Positions 35,554 to 44,384 of a stretch of DNA of 64,000 nt are shown in pieces (positions within the stretch are counted from its first letter, which is position 1; each line of letters starts with the position of its first letter). The stretch comes from Chitinophagales bacterium (GTDB lineage: Bacteria; Bacteroidota; Bacteroidia; Chitinophagales; Saprospiraceae): NCBI GenBank assembly GCA_013297745.1, contig JAAFIM010000007.1, positions 747 through 64,746 on the forward strand. Reading direction: 5' to 3'. The notes below the pieces were generated by a model that saw only the letters and a list, made by a program, of their open reading frames with translations, searched no databases and was not told the DNA's origin. The position numbers and the translations under genes are program-made.

Positions 35554-35699
35554 GCGAAAAATAACGCTAAAAAATAAATCCCCTACTGATACCGCTTCAG
35601 TAAGGGATTTTTCTATTTTAAAAAAAATTGATAAAAAATAACTCTTTATACAAAAAAAGCTAACTTTGCCCCAAAATTTTTACAACTGCAAACAACAAT

Positions 35700-36698
35700 A
35701 TGCAACAATCTGCTGATATTCAACTACTTAACGAAAAAGTTTATAGCGAAAGCGCGATTATAGCCCGCTTGATGCAAGAGTGTGGAAAAGTCATCGTAGG
35801 GCAACAATATATGCTCGAAAGGCTGCTCATTGGCTTATTGGCGCAAGGGCATATTCTTTTGGAAGGCTTACCAGGATTAGCCAAAACGTTAGCTATCAAC
35901 ACTTTATCAAAAGCCATAGAAGCTAAATTCCAACGCATACAATTTACCCCCGATTTATTGCCTGCCGACGTGGTGGGAACTATGATTTTCAACCCAACCA
36001 AAAACGATTTCACGGTGCGTAAAGGGCCAATTTTTGCCAATTTTGTGCTGGCGGACGAAATCAACCGCGCACCCGCCAAAGTGCAATCTGCGCTTTTGGA
36101 GGCGATGCAAGAGCGGCAGGTAACGATAGGGAACGAAAGTTACAAACTGCAAGAGCCTTTTTTGGTTCTCGCGACCCAAAACCCCATAGAACAGGAGGGA
36201 ACTTATCCCTTGCCCGAAGCCCAAAGCGACCGTTTTATGCTCAAAGCTAAAATTTCTTACCCTACCAAAGCGGATGAGTTGGAGATTATGCGGTTAAATT
36301 TTGGGAATGTGGGCGCAATTCCTATCCAGCCTGTAGCAAAAATTGAAGATATAGTCAAAGCGCGCCAAACTGTGCGCGAGGTGCATTTGTCCGAAAAGAT
36401 AGAAAAATACATTTTGGAAATCGTATTCGCTACCCGCGAGCCAGCTGCGCATAATTTGCCCAAACTTGCCCCACTTATCGCTTATGGTGGTTCGCCCCGC
36501 GCTAGTATCAGCTTGGCTTTGGCTTCTAAAGCTTACGCTTACCTGCAACGTCGCGGTTATGTGCTGCCTGAAGATGTGCGCGCTATTTGCAAGGATGTGA
36601 TGCGCCACCGTATCGGATTGACCTATGAAGCGCAAGCCGAAAATATCAGCCAAGAGGAAATTATAGAAAAAATCCTGAATACGGTGCAAGTGCCTTAG
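35700..36698 (+). CDS. MoxR-family AAA+ ATPase
   Basis: GHILLEGLPGLAKT Walker A, DEINRA Walker B region, ~330 aa. Confidence 0.85.
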   Translation: MQQSADIQLLNEKVYSESAIIARLMQECGKVIVGQQYMLERLLIGLLAQGHILLEGLPGLAKTLAINTLSKAIEAKFQRIQFTPDLLPADVVGTMIFNPTKNDFTVRKGPIFANFVLADEINRAPAKVQSALLEAMQERQVTIGNESYKLQEPFLVLATQNPIEQEGTYPLPEAQSDRFMLKAKISYPTKADELEIMRLNFGNVGAIPIQPVAKIEDIVKARQTVREVHLSEKIEKYILEIVFATREPAAHNLPKLAPLIAYGGSPRASISLALASKAYAYLQRRGYVLPEDVRAICKDVMRHRIGLTYEAQAENISQEEIIEKILNTVQVP

Positions 36699-36710
36699 TT
36701 TTAGCTAAAG

Positions 36711-37346
36711 TTAATAACTTACAAAAGGCATTTGATAATCAAATTTATCATTTTCTACCAATTCTAGGATAAAATCGGCTAAGTCTGCGCGGCTTATTTT
36801 GGTACTGCCATTTACCCCCACCCAACCCACGCGATATTTACCCAATTTTGCGCCGTTGGTGAGCATAGGACCGCGCACTATAGACCAAGCCAAACCGCTG
36901 TTTTCCAATACTTTATGGTGTTCGATAGCATCGTTGAGTATCTTTTTGGCGAAAATGCGCATCATCAAGCGGATAAATTTATCCATTAGCTTGGGGCGGT
37001 CTTGGCTCGGAAAGGGCAACCCCCCACCAGAAAGGGAAATGATGCGGGAAAGATTATATTTTTTCATAGCCGCAACGATATTTTTTGTGCCGTTGGTCTG
37101 TAACCATTCGGGAGAACCCTTGACGTGTCCGAATAAGCTAACCACTATATTAGCTCTTTCAACGGTTTTTTCCACGTCAGCCCCGTTTAAAACGTCCCCT
37201 TTTATGAGCTCCAAAAGAGGCGATTGCTGTTTGATAGATTGGGGGTTGCGCACCAAAGCGATAATTTTATACCCTTTGGATAAGGCTTGCTCAAGAAACT
37301 GCTGCCCTGTTTGTCCCGATGCGCCGAATAATGCTATAGTTTTCAT
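36711..37346 (-). CDS. NAD(P)H-binding NmrA/atypical-SDR oxidoreductase
   Basis: The start was chosen at MKTIALFGASGQTGQ (Rossmann GxxGxxG). Further upstream in-frame sequence is not needed. Confidence 0.65.
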   Translation of the reverse strand: MKTIALFGASGQTGQQFLEQALSKGYKIIALVRNPQSIKQQSPLLELIKGDVLNGADVEKTVERANIVVSLFGHVKGSPEWLQTNGTKNIVAAMKKYNLSRIISLSGGGLPFPSQDRPKLMDKFIRLMMRIFAKKILNDAIEHHKVLENSGLAWSIVRGPMLTNGAKLGKYRVGWVGVNGSTKISRADLADFILELVENDKFDYQMPFVSY

Positions 37347-37448
37347 TGTAGATAAATTTTTTAAAATTAGAAAAAATCTGCCCGCAAAATTATACCAAAA
37401 AACGCTTGAACGCGCTATTTTAACCACTAACAATTTGGTAAGTTCGCT

Positions 37449-37805
37449 ATGGAAACTGATTTAATCCCCTCTGCAAGCCAACGCCGCTGCCCCATTCGCA
37501 CCACCTTACAACTGATAGGGGGCAAGTGGAAACTGTTGCTAATTTATCAATTGAGTAACGAACCGCTGCGATTTGCCGAGCTCAAAAAACGCATAGTTGA
37601 TATTTCCGAAAAAATGTTGGCGCAAGAACTCAAGCAATTGCAACAAGATTTGCTTGTTTTGAAAAATGAACAAGAACAAACTTATCAAATCAGCCCACAG
37701 GGGCGTTTGGCCTTGCCATTATTGGCTAGTATGCGAGACTTTGCCCAACAATATCTAGAATTTTCCCAAACTCCACTCAAAGATGACAACCCAAGAGATT
37801 TTTAA
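37449..37805 (+). CDS. HxlR-type winged-helix transcriptional regulator
   Basis: The CPIRTTLQLIGGKWKLLLIYQL core is typical of HxlR/MarR-like DUF24. It is divergent from the oxidoreductase gene. Confidence 0.8.
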   Translation: METDLIPSASQRRCPIRTTLQLIGGKWKLLLIYQLSNEPLRFAELKKRIVDISEKMLAQELKQLQQDLLVLKNEQEQTYQISPQGRLALPLLASMRDFAQQYLEFSQTPLKDDNPRDF

Positions 37806-38646
37806 AAAAATCCGCAAAATAGAGATAAAAACCAAAGGCTTGACCAGCCAAGTGTTTTCGGGAGGGTACAAAACCACCTTCAAGGGGCGGGGTATGTTGT
37901 TTAGTGAAGTGCGCCCTTACCAATACGGCGACGATGTGCGGAATATAGATTGGAACGTAACCGCTCGCACCCGCGAACCTTATATTAAAGTGTTTGAAGA
38001 GGAGCGCGAGTTGGTGATAATGTTGCTGATAGATGTGAGCGCGTCCGCTTATTTTGGCGCAGATGAACAAACCAAGAACGAATACGCTGCTGAAATTGCC
38101 GCAACTTTGGCTTTTTCGGCTATTAATAATAACGACACAGTGGGCGCGATTTTTTTCTCCGACACGGTAGAAAAGTTTTTCCCACCCAAAAAGGGTAGGT
38201 CGCATATACTACAAATTATCAAACAGATGCTAAGTTTTGAACCGCAGGGTGTGGCTACAGATTTGGGTTTAGCTTTGCAGTATTTGGTTAGTGTGGTGCC
38301 GCGCCGCTGTACGGCTTTTGTGCTGTCTGATTTTATCACTCAAGGCTATGAAAGTGCCATACGCGTAGCAGCCAACCGCCACGACTTAATCGGATTGCAT
38401 ATTTTCGCCCCGCACGAAGCCGAACTGCCTCAAGTGGGTTTGTTGCCAGCTATAGATTCTGAAACAGGCCAACAGGTTTGGATTGATACCGATTCGCCAA
38501 TAGTTCAGCAACAACACCGCGATTTTTACCAACAAAATTTAGCTTATTTTAAACAAACTTTTAGACAAAATAATGCCGATACGCTCTCTATTTCCACCCA
38601 AGAGGGTTATATTAAACCACTTATGGAATTTTTTAAAAGCAGGTAA
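37783..38646 (+). CDS. DUF58 (vWA-like) protein, MoxR-associated
   Basis: N-terminus and length are typical of DUF58 found after moxR in Bacteroidetes bat operons. Confidence 0.7.
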   Translation: MTTQEIFKKIRKIEIKTKGLTSQVFSGGYKTTFKGRGMLFSEVRPYQYGDDVRNIDWNVTARTREPYIKVFEEERELVIMLLIDVSASAYFGADEQTKNEYAAEIAATLAFSAINNNDTVGAIFFSDTVEKFFPPKKGRSHILQIIKQMLSFEPQGVATDLGLALQYLVSVVPRRCTAFVLSDFITQGYESAIRVAANRHDLIGLHIFAPHEAELPQVGLLPAIDSETGQQVWIDTDSPIVQQQHRDFYQQNLAYFKQTFRQNNADTLSISTQEGYIKPLMEFFKSR

Positions 38647-39601
38647 TTGTTTCTTAGTTGCTGTTTTTTCGCTAATAATCAACATTTTATACGCGCAAAC
38701 TCCCCAAATTACCACCGCAGCCGACCGCAACAGCATACAAATAGGCGACCATTTGCAACTCAAGTTAAGTTTGCAAGCTCCTCAAGGTTTAGAAATCAAT
38801 TTTCCCCAATATCAAACCGATTTGGATAGTTCGGGTTGGGAATTATTGCGCACAGACGAGCTAAAAGTGAGCGCACAGGGCGGGGACAATATCTATCAAC
38901 AGACTATAGTCCTTACCGCTTGGGAAAGTGGGCAAAAAACAATCCCCGCCCTCAATTTTAGCTTTATCAACGCGGGCGTGGTTCAACCCTTGCGCTCGCA
39001 GCCGCTAACCATTCAGGTGGATAATCCGCCGTTGGTAGATTCTAATTATATTGCGGGGATAAAACCTATTCTTATAGAGGAAAAGTATTGGTCGGATTAT
39101 TTGATTTATGTTTATTTGACCTTTGCTGCTTTGTTTGCTTTCGCTGCTTTGTATGTGGTTTGGTCTGTATTGAAAAATAAAAAATCGCCCCCACTTACGG
39201 CAGAAGAGTTGGCTTTGGAAAGTTTGCGGGTTTTATCCCAACAAAATTATCTACAAGAGAAAAATTTTATCGCTTATCACAGCGAAATTTCGCTGATTTT
39301 GCGCCGTTATTTACAAAATAGGTTTAAGTATAAATCCTTGAGTATGACCAGCAGCCAAATTAGTTTGGAAATAGCAGCCAAACCGCTTACGGCTAACTTC
39401 CGCGCGCAAGTGAGTGAATTACTTTCTACCGCCGATTTGATAAAGTTTGCTAAAGCCAGCCCTTTAGATAGTTCAAATAACTTTGCCAAAGAAACCGTAG
39501 AAAAATTGGTTTTGCACGTCCAAAAAGAGCTGCTTGCGCAGAAAAATGCAACCAAAATAGTGGTCAAACTTGACAAACAGCAGATAAAAAAGGATAAATA
39601 A
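38573..39601 (+). CDS. Hypothetical membrane protein of the bat operon (BatD/DUF4381-like)
   Basis: Putative signal, extracellular domain, a single TM (YLIYVYLTFAALFAFAALYVVW) and a cytoplasmic tail. The start is uncertain because the ORF overlaps the upstream gene by 74 bp and has no internal Met. Confidence 0.4.
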   Translation: MPIRSLFPPKRVILNHLWNFLKAGNCFLVAVFSLIINILYAQTPQITTAADRNSIQIGDHLQLKLSLQAPQGLEINFPQYQTDLDSSGWELLRTDELKVSAQGGDNIYQQTIVLTAWESGQKTIPALNFSFINAGVVQPLRSQPLTIQVDNPPLVDSNYIAGIKPILIEEKYWSDYLIYVYLTFAALFAFAALYVVWSVLKNKKSPPLTAEELALESLRVLSQQNYLQEKNFIAYHSEISLILRRYLQNRFKYKSLSMTSSQISLEIAAKPLTANFRAQVSELLSTADLIKFAKASPLDSSNNFAKETVEKLVLHVQKELLAQKNATKIVVKLDKQQIKKDK

Positions 39602-39604
39602 ATT

Positions 39605-40312
39605 ATGTTGAAACCATTTCCATTGTTAGCAATAGCTTTTATCATTGCGGCTTGCCAACCTCTGCCCACAATCGACGCTTTGCCCGAGATGGTAAAGGTG
39701 AAAGTTTATACAGAATTTTGCCCGAAAGGGAAAAATAACTATGTGGAAATCAGCAATTTAGCTGGGGTAGAAAATCAACCTCTATTGGCAAAGATAAAAA
39801 CGGCTGTAGATAATTCTTATTTTGAAGGGGCAAAACCCAACGATATAAACGCTTATTTTCGCCAAGTGTGTGCGGGAAAAATAGCCGATAAAAAGATTAA
39901 AGAGGCGAATATCTACCACAACAAAAACGGTTTATTGAGCATACAAACGGATATTCACGCGGAAATTTTTTTAGAAGAATGGGCTACTTATGACCTGTAC
40001 AAGGGAGAATTGATAATGTTAAACTCGCAAATAAACCCAGAAAAATTGGCTTCGCTGGATAATTTTATCCTCCAAAACATCCCAAATATAAAGGAAATTC
40101 AAAACGTACAACCCAATTTCAACCCCAAATTGTCGGGTAGATTTTATCTTCGCAACGAAACGGAGTTGGTGCTGGAGTGGATAACCGATAAAACCCAATT
40201 TGGGGAAAATTTCTGCGCCGATTACAAATGCGGGGGAGAAGTCGCCATTCCAAAGGTTGTGTTGAAAGATTTTATTATAGAAACTAGCCCTTTGCGGCGT
40301 TTTATTGAATAG
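39605..40312 (+). CDS. Hypothetical lipoprotein
   Basis: MLKPFPLLAIAFIIAAC lipobox. Confidence 0.45.
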   Translation: MLKPFPLLAIAFIIAACQPLPTIDALPEMVKVKVYTEFCPKGKNNYVEISNLAGVENQPLLAKIKTAVDNSYFEGAKPNDINAYFRQVCAGKIADKKIKEANIYHNKNGLLSIQTDIHAEIFLEEWATYDLYKGELIMLNSQINPEKLASLDNFILQNIPNIKEIQNVQPNFNPKLSGRFYLRNETELVLEWITDKTQFGENFCADYKCGGEVAIPKVVLKDFIIETSPLRRFIE

Positions 40313-40338
40313 ACAGTTTTTAATCATTTTAAAACCCT

Positions 40339-41343
40339 ATGTTTAAAACAGAATTTGCCCAACCTTATTTTTTGCTGTTGTTGTTGCTGTTGCCAATATG
40401 GGCTTATTTATGGTTTAGGCAGCGCAAAACTTACTTTGCCAACTTTCGCTTTTCTACCACTCAAGGCTTATCGGCAGCCCCGCGCACGTTCAAAACCCAT
40501 TTTAGATGGCTGCCGCAATTGTTGCGTTTGCTCTGTTTGGCTTGTGTGATAGTGGCTTTGGCGCGCCCCCAATTGCCTATGCAAGCGGCTGATATTACCG
40601 CTGAAGGGATTGATATTGTGCTGTCGTTGGATGAATCGGGGAGTATGATGGCGCGCGATTTCAAACCGGATAGATTTGAGGCTTCCAAAAAAGTAGCTGC
40701 CGAATTTATCGCGATGCGTGCAGATGATAGGATAGGTTTGGTCTCTTTTGCGGGTGAAAGTTATACCCGTTGCCCGCTGACGACCGACCACGTGGTTTTG
40801 ACCGATTTGTTGGCGGAAACGCAAATGGGAATGCTCGCAGGTGGTACAGCTATAGGTATGGGTTTGGCCAATGCAGCCCGTTGTCTCAAAAATAGCAAGG
40901 CTAAATCCCGCGTGATTATTTTGCTAACGGACGGGGTCAATGATGGCGGTTATATCCAACCTTCCCAAGCGGTGGAAATGGTCAAAAAAATGGGACTTTG
41001 TGTTTATACTATAGGTGTGGGTACAAAAGGCTTAGCCGAAGTGCCTACTGATGCTATAGATGCGCGCGGCGAGCGAATTTTTACGATGGGACGCACAGAA
41101 ATAGATGAACAGTTGCTAAAATATATAGCCGAACAATGCAATGGAAAGTACTTTCGCGCTATAGATGAAGCCGCTTTGAAAGATATTTATGCCGAAATTG
41201 ATAAGTTGGAACGTTCCAAAATACAATCTACTTCTATCAAACGGTACGAAGAGCATTTTGCCCCTTGGCTGTTTTCGGCTTTATTTTTATTGTTTTGTGA
41301 GCTTGTGTTGCAAGTTTGGGTGTTTCGCTCGGTGTTGGATTAG
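40339..41343 (+). CDS. von Willebrand factor A domain membrane protein (BatA-like)
   Basis: N-terminal TM, MIDAS DIVLSLDESGSM, C-terminal TM. Confidence 0.8.
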   Translation: MFKTEFAQPYFLLLLLLLPIWAYLWFRQRKTYFANFRFSTTQGLSAAPRTFKTHFRWLPQLLRLLCLACVIVALARPQLPMQAADITAEGIDIVLSLDESGSMMARDFKPDRFEASKKVAAEFIAMRADDRIGLVSFAGESYTRCPLTTDHVVLTDLLAETQMGMLAGGTAIGMGLANAARCLKNSKAKSRVIILLTDGVNDGGYIQPSQAVEMVKKMGLCVYTIGVGTKGLAEVPTDAIDARGERIFTMGRTEIDEQLLKYIAEQCNGKYFRAIDEAALKDIYAEIDKLERSKIQSTSIKRYEEHFAPWLFSALFLLFCELVLQVWVFRSVLD

Positions 41344-41384
41344 AAACTATCTTTTTTTGTATTTAAAATATCCCCATTTTTATA

Positions 41385-42479
41385 ATGTTTCATTTTGGTA
41401 GCCCTATCAACTTTGTTTTTTTGGTGCTAATTTTGGCTGCTGTGGGCTTATTTTGGGCAAATAGCATCGGTTTGGCTGCTTTGAGGCAAAAATTAGCTAA
41501 TCCTGCTTTGTTTGCACGCCTTGCGCCCGCTTACAACCCACATAGACGTAAATTAAAATTTATTTTGATGACGGTAGCGGCGGCTTGTCTGATATTTTCG
41601 CTGGCTAATCCTCAAGGTGGTATTCGCAATCAAAAAATTAAGCGTCAAAGCGTGGATTTGTATCTTGCTTTGGATATTTCCAAAAGTATGTACGCGCAAG
41701 ATATTAGCCCCAATAGACTAGAAAAAGCGCGCCAATTTGGGTTGAAATTATTATCTTCTTTGCGCGGCGAACGGATTGGTTTGATTACTTTCGCTGGCGA
41801 TGCGACTGTAGAAGTTCCCCTCACGGTGGATTATCAAGCGGTAGAAATGCAGTTGCAAATCGCCTCGCCCGATGATATGCCCACTCAAGGCACAGCCATA
41901 GAAGCAGCTATAGAGTTGGCAATGCGTAGCCAAGCCAAAGAGAAAAAAGCTAAACAAAAAGCTATTTTATTCGTTACAGATGGCGAAAATCACGAAGAAG
42001 CAGCTATAGAAAAGGCTAAAAGTGCGGCAGAAAAAGGTATTTTTACCTTTATCGTGGGCGTAGGTACTACAGAAGGGGCGAAAATTCCCATCAATAAGGA
42101 CACTTACGCGGGTTTTCAACTGGATAAAAGCGGCGCGGTTGTCGTTAGTAAAATGAACGAGGGGTTAATGCAGAAAATAGCCGCAGCTGGTCAGGGACAG
42201 TTTTGGGATTTGAACAAACTTTCTTCTACCGCCGTGATTAGCGATTTGGCTGGGTTTTTGGCTGGGATAGAAAAAAATGAGTTCGAGCAACGCTCTTTTG
42301 ACGATTACGACACTTATTTTTATTGGACGGCAGCCATAGCTTTGTTGCTGTTGTTGGTAGAAATGTTGATACCCAACGCCAACAAAATTAAACCCGTAAT
42401 TTCGCCCGCAAAAAATCCCCCTACACTCAAAGGGGAAAATATACAAAGTAGAAAAGCGCAATTATTAGATTTAGAATAA
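41385..42479 (+). CDS. von Willebrand factor A domain membrane protein (BatB-like)
   Basis: MIDAS DLYLALDISKSM. TM helices at both ends. Confidence 0.8.
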   Translation: MFHFGSPINFVFLVLILAAVGLFWANSIGLAALRQKLANPALFARLAPAYNPHRRKLKFILMTVAAACLIFSLANPQGGIRNQKIKRQSVDLYLALDISKSMYAQDISPNRLEKARQFGLKLLSSLRGERIGLITFAGDATVEVPLTVDYQAVEMQLQIASPDDMPTQGTAIEAAIELAMRSQAKEKKAKQKAILFVTDGENHEEAAIEKAKSAAEKGIFTFIVGVGTTEGAKIPINKDTYAGFQLDKSGAVVVSKMNEGLMQKIAAAGQGQFWDLNKLSSTAVISDLAGFLAGIEKNEFEQRSFDDYDTYFYWTAAIALLLLLVEMLIPNANKIKPVISPAKNPPTLKGENIQSRKAQLLDLE

Positions 42480-42538
42480 AATTTTTTCTCAACAAAGTCC
42501 CTTGCTCGTGCTTGTGGGCTTTTATTTTTTATAAAAAA

Positions 42539-43132
42539 ATGAACCCTGCTTATATATTTCCTAATCAATATATTGATAAAGCCCAAAAATTGGCTAAACT
42601 TAATCAAAAAAATACGGTGGTTTGGTTGACTGGTTTATCTGGTTCGGGCAAATCTACCATCGCTAAATCGTTAGAACAACAACTTTTTGCGGATAATTTT
42701 CTATCTGCTGTGTTGGACGGGGATAATTTACGCACTGGATTGTGCAATAATCTTTCTTTTAGCGAAACTGACCGCGCAGAAAATGTGCGTAGAACTGCCG
42801 AAGCGGCTAAAATTTTGTTGGAAAATGGTTTTATCGTAGTTGTGGCACTTATCAGCCCTTTGGCGCATATGCGCCAACAAGCTAAAGATATTATCGGCGC
42901 AGAAAATTTTTTAGAAATTTTTATAGATACACCTTTAAATGTTTGTATAGAACGGGACGTAAAAGGTTTGTATAAAAAAGCCCAAAATAATCAAATCGCC
43001 AATTTTACCGCAATTTCCCAACATTATGAAGCCCCCACAGCCCCATTTTTAACCATTCACACGCAAAATCAAACCCCACAAGAAACGGCTTATTTTTTAT
43101 ACCAAAAAATTTTACCTTTCGTAAAAATATAA
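42539..43132 (+). CDS. cysC: Adenylyl-sulfate (APS) kinase
   Basis: P-loop LTGLSGSGKST and overall APS-kinase layout. Start placed at MNPAY. The alternative upstream ATG at 42512 is possible. Confidence 0.8.
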   Translation: MNPAYIFPNQYIDKAQKLAKLNQKNTVVWLTGLSGSGKSTIAKSLEQQLFADNFLSAVLDGDNLRTGLCNNLSFSETDRAENVRRTAEAAKILLENGFIVVVALISPLAHMRQQAKDIIGAENFLEIFIDTPLNVCIERDVKGLYKKAQNNQIANFTAISQHYEAPTAPFLTIHTQNQTPQETAYFLYQKILPFVKI

Positions 43133-43397
43133 ACGTTTTATAAATACAAAATTACCTTTTCAAACCGAGAAGCTTGTTTGTAAATTATAAAAACAACTTT
43201 TCGTTAAGCGAACTTAAATTTTTAATCGTAAAACTAACCTTGCAATCCGAAAATGCAATTTTTGCATAAAAAAACCGTCTTCGCGCTCCGCTAAGTTAGT
43301 TTTATAACTTTATTTTCATATTATCGGCAAAAATGGGGTATTTTTTATCCATTTGGCACGGTTTTTGTTGGCACAATTTAATTTTTTATATAAAAAA

Positions 43398-44291
43398 ATG
43401 CAAGCATATTTAAAAGAGTTAGAATCTGAATCTATTTTTATTTTGCGAGAAATTGCAGCTCAATTTTCCAACGCAGTTTTATTGTTTTCAGGGGGCAAAG
43501 ATTCTATTTTGGTTTCATATTTAGCCCGAAAAGCTTTTTACCCAGCCCCTATACCGTTTAAGATTATGCACGTAGATACGGGACATAATTTTGAAGAAAC
43601 GCTAACTTTTCGCGACGAATGGGTTGATTATTTAAAATTAGATATTATTATCGCTTCTGTACAAACTGCTATAGATGCAGGGCAAGTTACGGAAGAAAAG
43701 GGGTATAATGCCAGCAGAAATTTATTGCAAACGGCGGTTTTATTGGATTATATAGAAAAGTATAAATTTGATGCCGCTATCGGGGGAGCACGTCGCGATG
43801 AGGAAAAAGCCCGCGCGAAAGAAAGATTTTTTTCCCACAGAGATGAATTTGGGCAATGGAATCCCAAGAACCAACGCGCAGAATTATGGAATATATTTAA
43901 CGGGAAAAAGGCTTTTGGCGAACATTTTAGAATATTTCCCATTTCTAACTGGACTGAATTGGATGTGTGGGAATATCTGCAAGCGGAGAATGTACCTTTG
44001 CCAAGTTTATATTTTAGCCACGAGCGGGAGATGTTTTATCGGGGTGAAAATTTATTGACTAAATCCCCTTTTATACTTATGCGCCCTACAGAAACTGCCC
44101 AACTGATGACTGTTCGTTTTCGCACAATCGGGGATATTAGCTGCACGGGTGGGGTGGTTTCTAACGCTAAAAATATAGCTGAAGTGATAGCCGAGCTTAA
44201 AATTAGCAAAACTACAGAACGGGGCACACGCGCTGACGACCAACGCTCAGAAACGGCAATGGAAGACCGAAAAAAAGAGGGTTATTTTTAA
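43398..44291 (+). CDS. cysD: Sulfate adenylyltransferase subunit 2 (PAPS-reductase fold)
   Basis: SGGKDS PP-loop motif, ~300 aa. Start at MQAYLKELE, internal to the track ORF. Confidence 0.8.
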   Translation: MQAYLKELESESIFILREIAAQFSNAVLLFSGGKDSILVSYLARKAFYPAPIPFKIMHVDTGHNFEETLTFRDEWVDYLKLDIIIASVQTAIDAGQVTEEKGYNASRNLLQTAVLLDYIEKYKFDAAIGGARRDEEKARAKERFFSHRDEFGQWNPKNQRAELWNIFNGKKAFGEHFRIFPISNWTELDVWEYLQAENVPLPSLYFSHEREMFYRGENLLTKSPFILMRPTETAQLMTVRFRTIGDISCTGGVVSNAKNIAEVIAELKISKTTERGTRADDQRSETAMEDRKKEGYF

Positions 44292-44322
44292 TCCATACAA
44301 AAGCTTTTAATTTATACCAATA

Positions 44323-44371
44323 AAAAACCCCAACTAACTTATTTTATTAAGTCGGTTGGGGGTTTTTTTTT
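44323..44371. terminator. Bidirectional intrinsic terminator between convergent cysD and ompA-family gene
   Basis: aaccccaac/gttgggggtt stem flanked by A-run and T-run. Confidence 0.6.
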
Positions 44372-44384
44372 ATACAAAAACGGT

